From Podarcis tiliguerta (Eukaryota): a DNA stretch of 64,000 bases. This document shows, in pieces, positions 1-13,725 of the stretch. The translations under genes were made by a program, and so were the position numbers. Below the pieces are notes generated by a model. It ran no database searches and was not told the DNA's origin. It worked only from the letters and a program-made list of their open reading frames with translations. The first letter of the stretch is position 1, and each line of letters starts with the position of its first letter. The DNA is taken from the NCBI GenBank assembly GCA_965153285.1, contig OZ229114.1; one strand, 5' to 3'.

Positions 1-285
1 AGTAGTCCAAGCAGGATAGAACTAGAGCATGCACCACTCTGGCGAGACAGTCTGCGGGCAGGTAGGGTCTTAGCCTGCGTACCAGGTGGAGCTGGTAGAC
101 AGCCGCCCTGGACACAGAATTAACCTATGCCTCCATGGACAGCTGTGAGTCCAAAATGACTCCCAGGCTGCGCACCTGGTCCTTCAAGGACACAGTTACC
201 CCATTCGGGAGCTGGGAGTCCTCCACACCAGCCCACCCCGTCCCCCAAAACAGTACTTCTGTCTTGTCAGGATTCAACTCAATCT
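1..285 (-). mobile_element. L2/CR1-group LINE ORF2 fragment (post-RT region), degenerate
   Basis: Peptide LNPDKTEVL...DQVRSLGVILDSQLSMEA followed by a premature stop; typical L2-clade motif. Confidence 0.75.
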
Positions 286-1599
286 TTTTCTTTCTCAAAA
301 AGGAGCTATAGGGAGAAGGGGCACAATTTGGAGCAGAACTACGGTACATGGGGAGAGGAGATTTAACCCTTAGCTCCATGCCTGATACACATTTTCCACC
401 AAAGCAGGTATTCACAATGGAAAGGAAAATATAGACATATGTTTTGTGCTCCATGACTAACAGCAGCTTGGAGGGGGGAGGGTTGGGATCTGCACTGAAG
501 AACCATCAGAGGAGCTTTAAAAAAACACAAAATCCACACCACCTGACCCCAACCATGGTTGCTTTGTTGAAACTCCCACATCATGTCTACTTTGGCCTTC
601 ATTGTAACAACAAGAATAACAAAATGTTTCCATGGCATTTGGGATTAAGCAAAACAAAGGACAAGGGAAGAGAGATCCTAGATTCATTAGGAAAACATCT
701 GAGAATGACTACCACGTCAAGTTTCATAACACTTTTCCAGTTTTAAATATTTAACCTGTTTGCATTCACATTAGGGTCACTAATTGCAGGTTTGGATTCA
801 ATCACATCCCAGAAAATTCAGGTCGATTAACTAAAGTGAATTTGGGTCTCTTGGTCAACAAAACCTGCTCCCCTCCTAAATGTGACTTTTATTAAATTAT
901 TGAAAAACGCACTGGAATGTATAGGGTAACAATTACTTGACCCAACATGATATAACACTCCCACAAACAAATCAGAATTAATGCTTATTAAAAAGCCAAT
1001 ATTGCATAACCTCCCTGCAAACTGAATACTCAATAGCAGTTATTCTGAAAGTGATGTAGATCTCCCTTATTCCCAATTTGCAAACTGGGTACAGGGCTGA
1101 GAGGCCAAAATCATGTATTTTAATACATGCGGGTAATTGACAAATCTCTGCTTTGATCAGCTCATTCATATGAGCCACTGTGCAGAGAGAGCAACCAACA
1201 GGTTTGCACATAAAAGGTCACAGCATCCTTCTCACTGTGTCTCTGGACCAGTGCTTCCCCACCTTCACCTTCTTAGATGGCACACATATGCTGCCCTATG
1301 GGCTTTTCCACCTCTGCAGGAAATGGCGTCAGAGAGGGGCCAGCAATCATGACATAATATATTATACACTGTTTACAGATTCGGGTGTTAAAAACAGCAG
1401 CAGAACCCTGCCCTGGTACTTCTTAGTACTGGGTGTGGGGATTTTAAAATAACAAATGAGGCAGAGCTGCTTGTTTTCCCCACATACTTGCCAGGGAGCA
1501 TACGCTGCTGTTCTGCCTACCATTGCACAAGCAACAGCTTGCTCCAAGGCAAATAAGCCACATCAAAAGGACTGAGATTAACAGTCCAGAAAAACCTAC

Positions 1600-1753
1600 C
1601 TTCAAGTGGTGAAATGCAAGCCCACATTTCTTGCCTTCCTCTCTCCAGTTCTCATGGGCGACTTGATCAAGGAGGCGGAGGCTGTCCAAACGATACCCCT
1701 TTAGGGTGCTCACAATCTGAATGAGTTTCAGGATGGGACGGTTGGTGGAATAT
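1600..1753 (-). CDS. MAB21L4: MAB21L4 coding exon 3 (YSTNRPILKLIQIVSTLKGYRLDSLRLLDQVAHENWREEGKKCGLAFHHLK)
   Basis: Acceptor tttctcttgttAG, donor AAG|GTAGG; 154 nt, ends in phase 0. Confidence 0.9.
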
Positions 1754-4700
1754 CTAACAAGAGAAACACATGGTTAGAAGTTGAAATATTTGAGGATTTT
1801 AGGGTAGAATTGACTACAGAGGGGAACCAATACACCAGAGGGGAAGGCATGAAACTCACATTGTCATCCGTGATGTAGATTGTGTCAACAGATTAATATC
1901 CCACGCTGAGCCCCCTCTGAGGGGAGGACTAAGGGACCCCTGACCATTAAGTCCAGTTGTGACCGATGCTGGGGTTGCAGCGCTCATCTCACTTTATTGG
2001 TCAAGGGAGCCGGCGTACAGCTTCCAGGTCATGTGGCCAGCATGACTAAGCCACTTCTGGCGAACCAGAGCAGCGCATGGTAACGCCGTTTACCTTCCCG
2101 CCGGAGCGGTACCTATTTATCTACTTGCACTTTGACGTGCTTTCGAACTGCTAGGTTGGCAGGAGCAGGGACTGAGCAATGGGAGCTCACCCCATAGCGG
2201 GGATTCAAACTGCCGGCCTTCTGATCGGCAAGTCCTAGGCTCTGTGGTTTAACCCACAGCGCCACCCGCGTCCCTGAGGGGAGGACTACATTGAAGCTAT
2301 TGGGCCAATAGAGATGGTGATCTGGTCACTGTCAACTTTCATTTTTTCCCCTAAGGAAGGACGCATCGATTCCAAGCACAGCAAATAAGCATAATGTGCA
2401 AAGCATCAGAAGAGAACTCAGCTACACAGACATATACAAGTCCCCCCAAATCCCCATATTCTTGAGTACACAGATTTGTCGAAAGGCAAGGTTATCTATC
2501 ACCTTTGGCAGTCAAGTCATGATAGACAGGGCTATCATGCATTTGCTAATGTCTCTGTGGCACACAACATACACAGAGTCCTATATGCATATGCACAGTA
2601 ATGCAGGAACAATATCCCTCAATTATAAGGGATAACATTAGTGCATTATTAGGGGAATATACATATGATTCTGTGAATGTATATGCTATATAGACAGAGT
2701 AAGCAGGGGTTGGGTCAGAACAATTCAATAACATTTCCCCATCACATGTTGACTCTTCCCAGTGTTACAACCCTGTATGCTATTTTGGTTTTAGGTATGC
2801 AGATGTTTGAGCCACTCCTTTATCTGCAAATTCTTTCAAAGATGTAACATGAAAATCAGTCACAAGTGTGATGGCCAAACCCATAACTCTCCTTCATACT
2901 GCAATCATGTTCCTCACAGATGTGTGGTCTGGATTTTGGGCATGGCTATCCCGCCCACAGTCTTTCAAGTTTGTTCAGACAAAATAGCTCTTCTGCTTTG
3001 CCTCTAACCTCTGTGGGAGATGCATCTCTTTCATGAACTGGGGAGAGTTACTGATTTGTGAGGTAAAGTTTGAAGGTGCCCAACACTGACAGCATAATTC
3101 ATCTTAAATTCAACAGCCAAAAAAAGCAAAGGCTTAAAACTTGCTGCTCAAGAGTCAATGAGGGGCAAAATGTTCAGTTCTCATATTTGAACACATTGAT
3201 TAAGTGAATGTATGCAAAATTAATTTGGGATTTGGTTTACCATCATGACAGATCTAAAAGATGGAGAAAGATGCTGTCAAACTGACCCCTTCCTACTGTG
3301 TAACCTTCCCATTGCATTGCTTCTGGCTAGATCTTTATACTGTAGTTAAGTGTTCTCAACACGTCTCCTGGGTCAGTTGTTGACTTCAACCAAGACAACT
3401 CTTCTTCCTCCTCCATCCACTCCTTCTATATTGGTCAATAGGAGACCTTATCATTAAGGAACAGCTATTCTGTATTCTAAGAAAACAGGCAGTGAGAGCA
3501 GGCTAGAAGAGAGAATGACCCTGACAAAGGCAGATTACACTGATCTGTCCCATTCTCATATTAGTTGAACTGACTTGGGGGTTATTCACACTTACCTTTC
3601 CTCCACTCTTTCCAGCATAGTTCATGCTGAAAAGCTCTATGTTTGAGTGTGTAAAAGCTTTCCCTGGAAAACCTGAGCTTTCTTTGCAAAACTCACTCTT
3701 TAAAGCTCAATCGGAGCAAACAGTAATCCATGGAAAATCCAAATTGATGTTTGCTCCAACTGACTGCTAAAGAGCGGGTTTTCATGGTGAAAACTCAGGG
3801 CAAAAACCCCCAGATAAACTGCTTGGACATGGAGCTTCTAAGTGTGGACCTGTGTCTGGAAAGAGTAGGGCAAAACATAATTGTGAATAAGCCCTTATCT
3901 TCACAGGGACAAAACTGGTTACAGGTCATCCCAGGGTGGAAATAGCTTGTTTATGAGTTCATGACTTAGGGCATATGGGAAGACATACGAAAACATTCTA
4001 GAAACCTAGGGCAATTGCCCGCAGTTAGTCAGGGCCAACTGCCCTCTGGACCACATAGATTATCAGAGGACCCAAACAACGAGGATTGCCTCTGCATCCA
4101 CTGAAGTCTCATTAGCTCATCTCACTGCCGGTTTATGGTACTCAGCAGCATAAATCCAATTTTAGCTGCATAAATGCACCTAGAACCATTTTTCAAATGC
4201 TCTGTCCCTAGAGCAGGGGTCAGCAACCTTTTTCAGCCGTTGGCCGGTCCACTGTCCCTCAGACCATGTGATGGGCCGGACTATACTTTGGGGGGGGGGG
4301 GGGGATGAATGAATTCCTATGCCCCACAAATAACCCAGAGATGCATTTTAAATAAAAGGGCACATTCTACTCATGTAAAAACACGCTGATTCCCAGACCG
4401 TCTGTGGGCCGGATTGAGAAGGCAATTAGGCCGCCTCCAGTCCACGGGCCTTAGGTTGCCTACCCCTGCCCTAGAGCATAGATGAAGGCAAATAAATACG
4501 CACGAAAGGGATCCATTTATAATTTATAATGAAATATACAGGACTTTCTTGTAGTCCAGGGGTGGGGAACCTGTGGCCCACAGACAAATCTATATTTTAT
4601 ACCTATACTACATTTTATACCTTTCCATGCAGAAATTATTAGCTTCACAGTCCCGTGTGAAAAGCACAGCAATTAAGAATTTAAAATAACATCTGCTTCC

Positions 4701-7700
4701 TTTCTTAAAATACTCATGATCTACCCAGGTTGGCCTCCTCCTCGCTTCCCACCCTTCAAAGATTTTAGGAGGTGATAATGCTGGTGAATCTCATGCCTGA
4801 ACAAGTTACCTAGGAAAGCTACAGAGCCATCATCTCTGACAACTTTAAAGTAGAGGCTATCAAACATAGTGCACTGACTCTGTGACATTGTTTGGTCCAA
4901 TATTCCTTGAGTCATCATCTGACATAAAATGTTCTTGCAGAAATATGGAGCCAATTAATTATCGATCTCATACTCTGTTCTAAGACAGGTTAAGCTACAC
5001 TGAAAGCATCCTGGCATATATGTATCCAATGTTTATAATTAGGAGATAGGATGTAGCTTGCATTTCATGATGAAGCAGACCCAGAAGGGATAAACATTTC
5101 CCTAAAAATAGAAAAAAATCTTGCATTTTGCCAAAACTCCATGCTGCAGTATTTTAAAAAATTACAAGTTGCTAAGAATGTTCATTAGTCTGTAATGCAT
5201 TGGTTGTGGACGTCATAGTGTGTATACACACAGTTCTCCAATTAAATGTATACCAATACAGCTTTTTAATTCAGTTTTGTAAACACCGGAAATTCAAAAA
5301 CGGATTTTGCTTCATTGGTGAAAATGGCCTAATGCTGAATTGGCCAAGATATTACTTAAATGGTTGTTTAAAGTCACTTGTTCAGCAGTTTTCATTGTTT
5401 TTTTAAATTTTTTGTTGTTGCATCTGTCATTGCTTTTAGCTTGAATCATGCCCAAGGCAGCTAAAAACAATGCTAGATACAAAAAGGGGCAATGCACACC
5501 CACCCACACTCACAAACAAAGATGGGATGTAAATATTTATAATAAAATAAATAATGAATCCATTCCAAAGCAAAATCCACATTTTAGCATGAATATGCCT
5601 GAATATTTTGTTAGGCTGAGCTGGAGCCTGGACTGGAAAAAAAAGTTTCACTCTAGATAGAACTGATTATAATGTTAATGGCAGTACTGACAAAATAACT
5701 TTTGTGTTTGTTGCCCTACCTTGTCTTAGAACTCTTCAGATTCACTAAAAGAAAGGAAAATGATTGGTGGCGTTCATTTAATTCCTACCATAATGATGAT
5801 GATGTCTGTAGACCTCATGACTGGCGAGAGGCACACAACAGTTTTGTGATAAAGGAGATGTATGGAGTTCATTGGTCATTGCATATGATTTCTGAAGTGT
5901 GTAGGATTTTGACCCTTCACTCTCCTCCACGCAACTCAAGAGAAATCTAGTTACACAACATGCATATCCTAGAGAAGACATGACAGCCGAGACACTCTAA
6001 AAGATGCTCCTTTCCCCTAAGGGTAGCATTCATAGCAACAACACAGGATTGCACTTTACCTCCAGTGATAGTAACTGGCAGGGATGTAGTCAGCTTCCTG
6101 AGTGACTTTGCTCATGCTGCTTTGTGGGAAACCCTTTTCTCGCCAATTGTTGCTGAGTTTCAGAACATCCTTCTTTCTCCTTATTACAGGGACAACATTG
6201 AAGCAGATCATTTTCCACCCACTGGACACTAGCAAAGGCAGCTGCATGTCATCATCCTTCAGCCTCTCAGCACTGAGTTCACCTGGAGAGGGTCAAGGGA
6301 ATAAATGCAATTAGAGATATGCACGCCAATGCCTCTTTTCCAGGCTCCCACCGTGGTCTTGTTTATTTTGGAAACAAAACTCCCATCAGAAATAACAGAA
6401 AAGGAACCAATGTAGATCCTGTGTATAACTGAGAAGTGGCACAATTAGCAACCTTCATCTAAAAAAAACCCCCCCAAAAAACAGCAAAGCATTTTAAGGC
6501 CTATTGTGGAGAAGAATAATTTGCTTGGGAGACAGTTTAGCAAAAGTAAATTTAAGTTAAGCCGCACTGGAATCAGCAGAACAACCTAGGACTAAACTAT
6601 TACTAGATTGTGCCCCATTGTATACATATATAAATATATAGTCAAAGGAGTATGCATAAATAATCCCTATATGTTCCTAGCTACAAGGTTACTCCCCACC
6701 CCCTTCATTAAATCAGTGGCGATATTCTCACTCAGTCTTTTTAAAAATTAATTTACTTCATTTATATACCACTTTTCCCTCCAAAGAGCTCAAGGTGGTA
6801 TACATGGTTCTGCCCTCCCCATTCTGTCTCCACAACAACTCTGTGAAGGTAAATTAGACTGAGAGACAGTGACTCGCCCAAGGTCATAATTCAACACTCT
6901 AACAACTACACCTTCTTCTTCTTTGGCGATCACTCGTAGCCAAGTAAGATTGTCTTTCATGTACACGGTCTTAACTGTGAGTCCATAAGTGTTAGGGATT
7001 GGGCAGAGGAGGAATGGTGGAGACTGCCTCCCCCTCCTGGCCCTTCCAGGGAGGAAGAATACAGTATAGATTTACAACAGGGGTTTGAGCGAGGTCGTAG
7101 CTCAGAGGCAGATGAGGGGGGAAATTGTGAAATCATGGCAGAGCCAGAGCAGTAGCTGGCTGACACATTGTCATTAGAAAGCATTCCATACCGTCCATCT
7201 CCCAGGCCCTGGCGGGCCTTAAAAGTAGGAGAGCAAAGAGCTCCAAGACAGAGGGCCCATAGCAGCACCTGTAGAGGAGATGATGAGGATGACAAATGAG
7301 CAAGTGGGAGAGATGGAGAGGTGGAGATTCACTCAGGATAGCGTCATTATCCAAGAGGCTGGTTTCTATAGCCTCTCCCTGTAAAGATTGAAATAAAAAA
7401 GGACTGTAAGAAAGTTTTCTTTGTCTTTATAATTTCCTGGGCAACCAGCTGGGGGCCACTGACAACATCCTGACAATAAGCGACTGTGGAGGCCAATTCG
7501 GGATCCACACATCCTTTCACAGTGGGGACATAGGTTTCCGAGCAGAAGTTGATCATAGTGAGGGTTTGCCAAATGTGCCTTCCTCTTAGCACGTTTCTCC
7601 CTTTTGTCCTGAGTTTGAGCATCCAAAGTTCGTGACACCTTTGGTAAAGGCTGTTCTCCAATTGCAGTGCTCACAGGCCAGTGTTTCCCAAATGTCGGTA

Positions 7701-10700
7701 TTTATACCACATTTTTAAAGATTTGCCTTGAGAGAGTCTTTAAACCTCTTTTGTTGACCACCAGCATTACACTTTCCATTTTTAAGTTTGGAATAGAGTA
7801 GTTGCTTTGGAAGACGATAATCAGGCATCCGAACAACATGACCAGTCCAACAAAGTTGATACTGAAGAATCATTGCTTCGACACTGGTGATATTTGCTTC
7901 TTCCAGTACACTGGCATTAGTTTGCCTCTCTTCCCAAGTCATGTGTAAAAAATTTTGGAGACACCACTGATGGAATCTTTCGAGGAGTTGGAGATGGCAT
8001 TTATAAGTGGTCTATGTTTCACAAGCATACAGTAAGGTTGGTAGTACAATAGCTTTGTAAACAAACATTTCCCTGCGAATGTCCCAGTCCTCAAACACTC
8101 TGAACCACTATACCACACTGGCTTTCAGTATGAGTTAGGGCCAAACCCCATGACTGAAATCATGATAGTTTATATCTAACAAATAATGCTTCTCTACACA
8201 TTTAACATTCATTCAGTGATCTACCAAACTGCATTTTGCACATGCACTTCTGAAGAAGCTACATCCTACCTCGTTTTTTTGTAGCCAGTTTAGATTCCTA
8301 GACAAAAAAGACTGTTTCTGTATATTTGTTGTCTTCTGAATTCCCTTCTTTTAATTTTTTTTCCAAAAACTGCACCTCAAAGAGTTCCTTATATCATAAG
8401 CAAACAAATGCAATTAGAGGGGAGAAAATAAATTTGTATGATGTAAGATTAAGAGTTTAGGATTGGTTCTTGTTACCACTTGTCTCTCATTATTGCTGAC
8501 AGGTTGCTAGGAAAGTTTGACTGACCTATTCATTTAGCATTATTGTGACAACTGCAAAGCTGTCCTCCTACAAGCTATTTGTGGAATAAATTGTAGGCAT
8601 AAGCTGAATGTATGCTACATACAGAACATAGCATTCTGAATCTCTGGCATGTGGAATCCCTAAGAGCCAGAATTTCCAGATACTGCTGTTAGAAGCATAA
8701 AAAGAGTCACATTTTCCAAAACGTTAGGATGCCAAAACTTCCCACCATTCATACCAATGAACCAGGTTCCAGAAATAGTCCGGCACAACCGAATCTAAAC
8801 TGCTGAGAAAGCCTCTCTATGTATAGGGATTCTGGAAGTGGAAAGATGGATTCAAAGCCATCAGGCCTCTGTGCCAGTTTTGCTCTTCCTCGTCTTAGTT
8901 CTGCAGTAAAGAAATGACCTTCATCTGTCTCTCTGTAGCAGGGATAATGGATATGGCCTAAATTTGGATTTCTGCTCATCTAGCTTGTGGTAAATTCCAG
9001 CAGGCATTTTAAGGTCACGTTCGGTTTTGTGATCATTTTGTTATTGTTTCATTTTCTGCATGGTTTGTTTTTATGTGTGCTGCTTAGAAACGCTAATGAT
9101 TAAATGGCATATAAATGTCTTAAACAAAAAATATAAATAAAGAAACAATACCTCTAGGCTCCATTCTGCGAAGCAAAACACCACTTTAAAGATAAGATTA
9201 GAAGAACCAAGTAAATGACTTGAAAACAACATAAAGGTATATATACGCCAGAGGTAGATAATGCCATGTATGGAAGCCTGGTGCAGCTTGCTTGCTTGCT
9301 TATTTATTTAATTTATATGCTGCCCTATACCCACAGGTCTCAGGGTGGTTCACAGAATAAACACAAAATATAAACCACGAAATGCATTTTCAAAATAAAA
9401 ACAACTCCTCAATAACTCCCCTCCAAAAAAACCCGAAAACATTTTAAAAGGGCGTATCAACCAAAGGCTTGGTTAAAAAGCACATTTTTCTTGTCCTTCA
9501 AAGTCTCACTAAATCTGTCAGTGGCAGCAAAACATTTTTTCAAAACTTATTCAAAGCACTGCAGCATCCTGATGAGAATGTGAATCACACCTTCCTGGTC
9601 ACCAGATCAATAATTTAATGAGCAGGAAAGGGTGATGACCTCCCTCCCAGCTGATATTCATGGGTGGGTAGGTGGCTGGGTGCAGGTGCGTAGAATGACC
9701 ATACCTACCCTCTGGCCACCACCCCGATCGTTGGTGTACAGAGGTTTGGGGTAGAGGGAATATGGCCCGTAGGCCAAAATCGGGTTAGCCACAGCCCTGA
9801 TACGAGAGAGGAGGCTCATTCTGGTCATCACCCACCATACCCCAGATGGTAGGTAGCACCCAAAGAAAGGACTCTGGAAATAATTGCAGTACATGGGCAG
9901 GCTAATCTGTAAGCAGACATCTCTTTAAAAGTGTGTGCTGTTAGCAGTAGTCTCACAACTTGAAGTGTGGGGACATGGTCTGAACCCCCTATGGTATGGA
10001 ACTCCTCCCAGGGAAGTTTACTTCGAACCTGTTTTCATGTATTTTGGGCCACAAGTGAAGATTGATTTCTTAGCCTTTTCCTAGCATGTTTCTGCTTTTA
10101 TTGATGCCCGTATTTTGCTGATTCAGTAGCTGTTTTGTAGATTTTTTGAGTACACTTCTATTATTTTATTTTTTTGAAAATTTCATGGATATATTTTTTT
10201 TTTACTGAAGTATGGTACAGAAAAATAATAAATAAGATCTAACGCTCCGGGGATGGAATTGCCAGGCAGCCTGTGGGGTCTTAGCCCCAATCCAGTATAT
10301 TTCAGTCTCCATTCATGAATACCCAGTTTTATACAGAAAAAATATGTGCTGCGAGTACTATTCTACCCAGTTCCCCAATAAGCATACAATTAACTGTGCA
10401 ATCCTATGCATGATTACTCAGAAGTCCCACAGAGTTCAGTAGTACTTATTCTCAGTCCCAAGAATGCATGCACAGAATGTCAGCCTAAATAACTTTTACA
10501 ACGTCAAGATACCTCTATTGGGTGTTCTGTGAAAATTCTCCGCTTGCAAGAAGTTCTCTTGCTCCAGGCCAGCAAGCCTTCCCTCCTTGCCAAACCTGAC
10601 TGAAAGGATCATGAAACCAGAGGTAGGAGGCTCAGAAATCCCTGAGGCTCTGAGTCAGGCCCTGAGACCCGGCAACCCCATGAAACCCTGATTCATTTTT

Positions 10701-12329
10701 CGGAATGGATTCTTTCCTAGTTTGACATAAGGCACCTCCAATGATGCGGTGAGACACAACTGCCATGGGGTGTAACGGCATGCACAAAACAGACTGAAAA
10801 ATCAACAAACAGATCAACAGAAAAATGCGCTTGTCAAAAAGCAAACAGAAACCAAGTGCAGGGCTTTCCTGGAACATGAAACAGGCTAGCTGGGTGTTTG
10901 CTTCCATGCGGCGAAGACAGGGCAAAGGGTACTGCAGAATAATATATTGTGAGCTTCACTGTCATTATGGCTGTGAATGAGTGATTAGGGATATTAATCA
11001 AAGAATCATAATGGTCCTGATAATGACAGCGGGGGATTTTCCTGGTGGCCTGGGAACCAGCCTTCAGCACATGACAACCTTTGGAGTTAGAGAAAGGGGA
11101 AGAGGTGCAGTCTGCAGTTTGATTTTTGGAAAAGAGAGAGTGGAGAGTTTCTAAGTGGAACCAATGTGCAGACTGTCAGCAGGAAGAGGCGAAGCACACA
11201 AGTTTCTCCCTGGGAATCAGATGCACAGTTAGCTTACTGTAATTGGATCAGCTTGCTTCTACCATGTTTAGTGACAAATAAAGCCATCACTAAACAGCTG
11301 TGCCATAGGCAAGAGGAAAACCATCAGGGCAGAAGTGCACTTAACTGGAACTGAAACATGGGTTCAGCATGCACTCTGTACAGAAAGAAATTATCATGCC
11401 TACAGCTTTCCCTCCTTTCCATTACCATCATTGCACATAGGGGTGTGAGAGTGTGCAGTTTATTTAAACATTTATATGCCACCTTATATACAATTCAAGG
11501 TGTGCGAAAATACTCTTCAAGTATAAACGTATCCTGGCACCTTGATCCCAATCACACTGGGGTGATATTATGTATGTGTTCTAGCTTAAGAACATGCTTA
11601 TCTGAGAGTGACCACCTATATCTGGTCTCCTGCTGTATCATTCCTCAGATCTTCTCTCCTTTCCCTCTTGTTAAGTCTTAGACTATGCATGTTGACTCAG
11701 AAGTTCCAAAGAATTAATTCTCAGCCCCTACTTGTCTGTCTTTTTCTTTCTGCCTGTCTCTTTTTCTCTCTCTTACACACCCACCCACCGACACACCTAG
11801 TTTGTTTCCGTTTCAGACAAATACCTGGTTTGATAAGGGACTGGTGCTTGCAATGCACAATTGCAGCAATGATCAATTCTTTCAGGAGATGAAGGACCTT
11901 GCCTGGCACAATGTGGCCACTGGATTCAGTACCACCCACGGCACTGAATACATCTTCTTTGGTCCAGTTTTCAGGGTGAGCACCTTCCTTAGGTACTCCT
12001 ACATAGCAAGATCCTGGCATCTGGTAGTTCCTACGAGTAGCCTTCTCGGAGTCGCTCTGTTCGCCTGAACACTCCTGCATCAAGAGGGCATCCGCATCGA
12101 TACACAAGGGGACCTCCATGCTTACTTCATCCTCAGCAGCAGAGAGGGCAAATTCCAAGGCTTCCAGGTTTCTTGAATAATCCACTATAAACCTGGGGTC
12201 CATTGCATTGACTCTCTCCAGTACAATAAGCAGAATGTTCTCTGCTTTCTGGAAACACTCAACTCTCCGGCTTTCACGGGACAGAATCACCTGGAGATAG
12301 CTATTCCAGTGAACAACCTTTGCGGCCAT
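1600..12329 (-). CDS. MAB21L4: MAB21L4 (C2orf54), Mab-21/cGAS-fold family protein; 5' part only, join complement(11825..12329, 6060..6282, 1600..1753); remaining exons left of the window
   Basis: Three GT-AG exons with matching phases (1,2,0) give a 294-codon open frame. The peptides (WNSYLQVILSRE..FQKAENILL.VLERVNAMDPRFIVDYSRNLEA; LLVSSGWKMICFNVVPV; GYRLDSLRLLDQV) match my recollection of vertebrate MAB21L4. Head-to-head with CROCC2. Confidence 0.92.
1932..2274 (-). mobile_element. Sauria SINE, full length
   Basis: Minus-strand head GGGACGCGGGTGGCGCTGTGG; 14-bp TSD TGAGGGGAGGACTA (1918-1931 / 2275-2288). Confidence 0.92.
4214..4468. mobile_element. Non-autonomous hAT DNA transposon (MITE)
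   Basis: TIRs CAGGGGTCAGCAACC / GGTTGCCTACCCCTG; perfect 8-bp TSD CCCTAGAG. Confidence 0.88.
6060..6282 (-). CDS. MAB21L4: MAB21L4 coding exon 2 (ELSAERLKDDDMQLPLLVSSGWK...SYYHWR)
   Basis: Acceptor ctctccAG, donor AG|GTAAAG; 223 nt; in frame with exons 1 and 3. Confidence 0.9.
6750..6912 (-). mobile_element. Old MIR/CORE-like SINE (host of the RTE insertion; resumes at about 8094-8125)
   Basis: caacaactctgtgaaggt...gactgagag...cccaaggtca pattern, also seen at about 42850-43005; head aaccactataccacactggct follows the RTE. Confidence 0.6.
6913..8093 (-). mobile_element. 5'-truncated RTE-clade LINE (ORF C-terminus and 3' end), interrupted by an LTR
   Basis: Peptides QLCWTGHVVRMPDYRLPKQLLYS...GGQQKRFKDSLKANL and CPHCERMCGSRIGLHS; (GAA)n tail at 6913; frameshifted. 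Confidence 0.85.
6990..7475 (+). mobile_element. Solo LTR (Gypsy-like) inserted in the RTE
   Basis: TGTTAGG...CCTGACA termini; 5-bp TSD ATAAG (6985-6989 / 7476-7480); AATAAA near 7392. Confidence 0.85.
11825..12329 (-). CDS. MAB21L4: MAB21L4 coding exon 1 (MAAKVVHWNSYLQ...HQSLIKPG)
   Basis: GCCATGG Kozak context at 12329; lies within ORF 11721..12419; donor CCAG|GTATTT; 505 nt, phase 1. Confidence 0.92.
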
Positions 12330-12769
12330 GGCTGAAGCGTAGCGCAGAAGAAACCCCTCCCGAAAGTTCCTCTGCTGTTTCTGAAGCAGACACAAACATT
12401 GATGCAGCTGCACACACAAAGATATGCCTGCAGGTGGGAGGAGATAGGCAAGGCAAAGTGGGCTGGAGCAGGGAGGAGTAGCATATAAAGAGGAATTCCA
12501 CTGAAGCGTGAATAAACCTTATGTTTTCCTGTTACATAGTTGATAGAGTGCCAAGCTATTTTAAAATAGTCATTGTGAAACTGGTACGTTCAGGTGAGCC
12601 AACTGAGACATCCGGTTGTCTGGCTACCTATTCTAATACCGCAGAATCATCCCACCCTGCAAGCCTGAAAAACTGGGCTAACTGGTATAAGTCCACATGG
12701 CTCATTGATATTAAAGTAGACCTAACCCACGCCAGCTGGAGAAGTGACTCTATGAATTCGTGTGATTTA

Positions 12770-13250
12770 AACTCGGTACGATTTGCGGCTTGCAACCATT
12801 AACAAACCCTCACCAACATTTCGAATGAATGTGAAATGAAATTCGCTTCTAATACTGTAGATTAAAAAGCATGGGTTTCCATCTCAGTTGCTCATTATTC
12901 CAGTTGTAATATCAGCTCTCCGCATCACCACATCAGATTGCAATTTTAAAAATATAGATTATGAAAATTTGTATTTCTGAACAAACTATTAGAGTACACC
13001 TTTTTGTACGCAATTGTGCCCAATATACGGTTTTTGCAAAGAATGTTTTCCCTAATATTTTCCCTAACGTAATGCATTTCTGTATATTCTTTTCACAAGT
13101 ATGTGGCTTTTGTGCATACTTTATATGGATGTTTGTTCACATTACTTGGCTGGAGAACTACATTGTGAAATTGAGAAGCACAAATGTTGAAGGATCGCTC
13201 AATTTTGGTTCACATAAATGCAAACTGAATTAAATTTCTCCCACATCCCT
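12770..13250. repeat. Old dispersed repeat, probably DNA-transposon derived; related copy at about 28385-28690
   Basis: Shared blocks ctcagtt.ctcatt, acttgg.tggagaact.(c/t)attg and aactgaattaaat in both copies. Confidence 0.55.
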
Positions 13251-13725
13251 GCCATGAACTATACACTTAAATCCAATTGGCAGAGGGTGCAATACGCAAG
13301 AAGGGACTCCGATGGCTAATTATGCTGATGGCCTATATAAATACATTTCCTGCATCCCCCTCAGATTTAAAGGGAATGCACTTACTAGCATTTTTTAATT
13401 TGCTTTTTTAAAGAAATTTTAAATCCTCCTTTTCTTTATAAAATAAACTCATACCAGCTTACAACATACATCAAATGTAAGCCAACCAACAACAAGACCA
13501 GTCAAAGTCATTTTCATTTTCCCATCTCAGGCAAAGGACAAGATGGTGCCTTCACGTTCTGAAGCTGACAAGCTGAATTTAACTTCAGCACTGGCAATGA
13601 GATAGCCTCCTCCATGGCACCTGAGGACAAGAGCAGACTTGTTTACAGGGGTGCACGGTAGGGGCACACACAGATCTGAAAGAGGAATGAAGACGGTCTC
13701 AAAGTGAACAGCCAGATACCAGATA

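Noticed and set aside
11721-12419. 232-aa single-exon ORF as a complete gene
   Set aside because: The true start is the Kozak ATG at 12329, and sequence past the donor at 11825 is intron read-through
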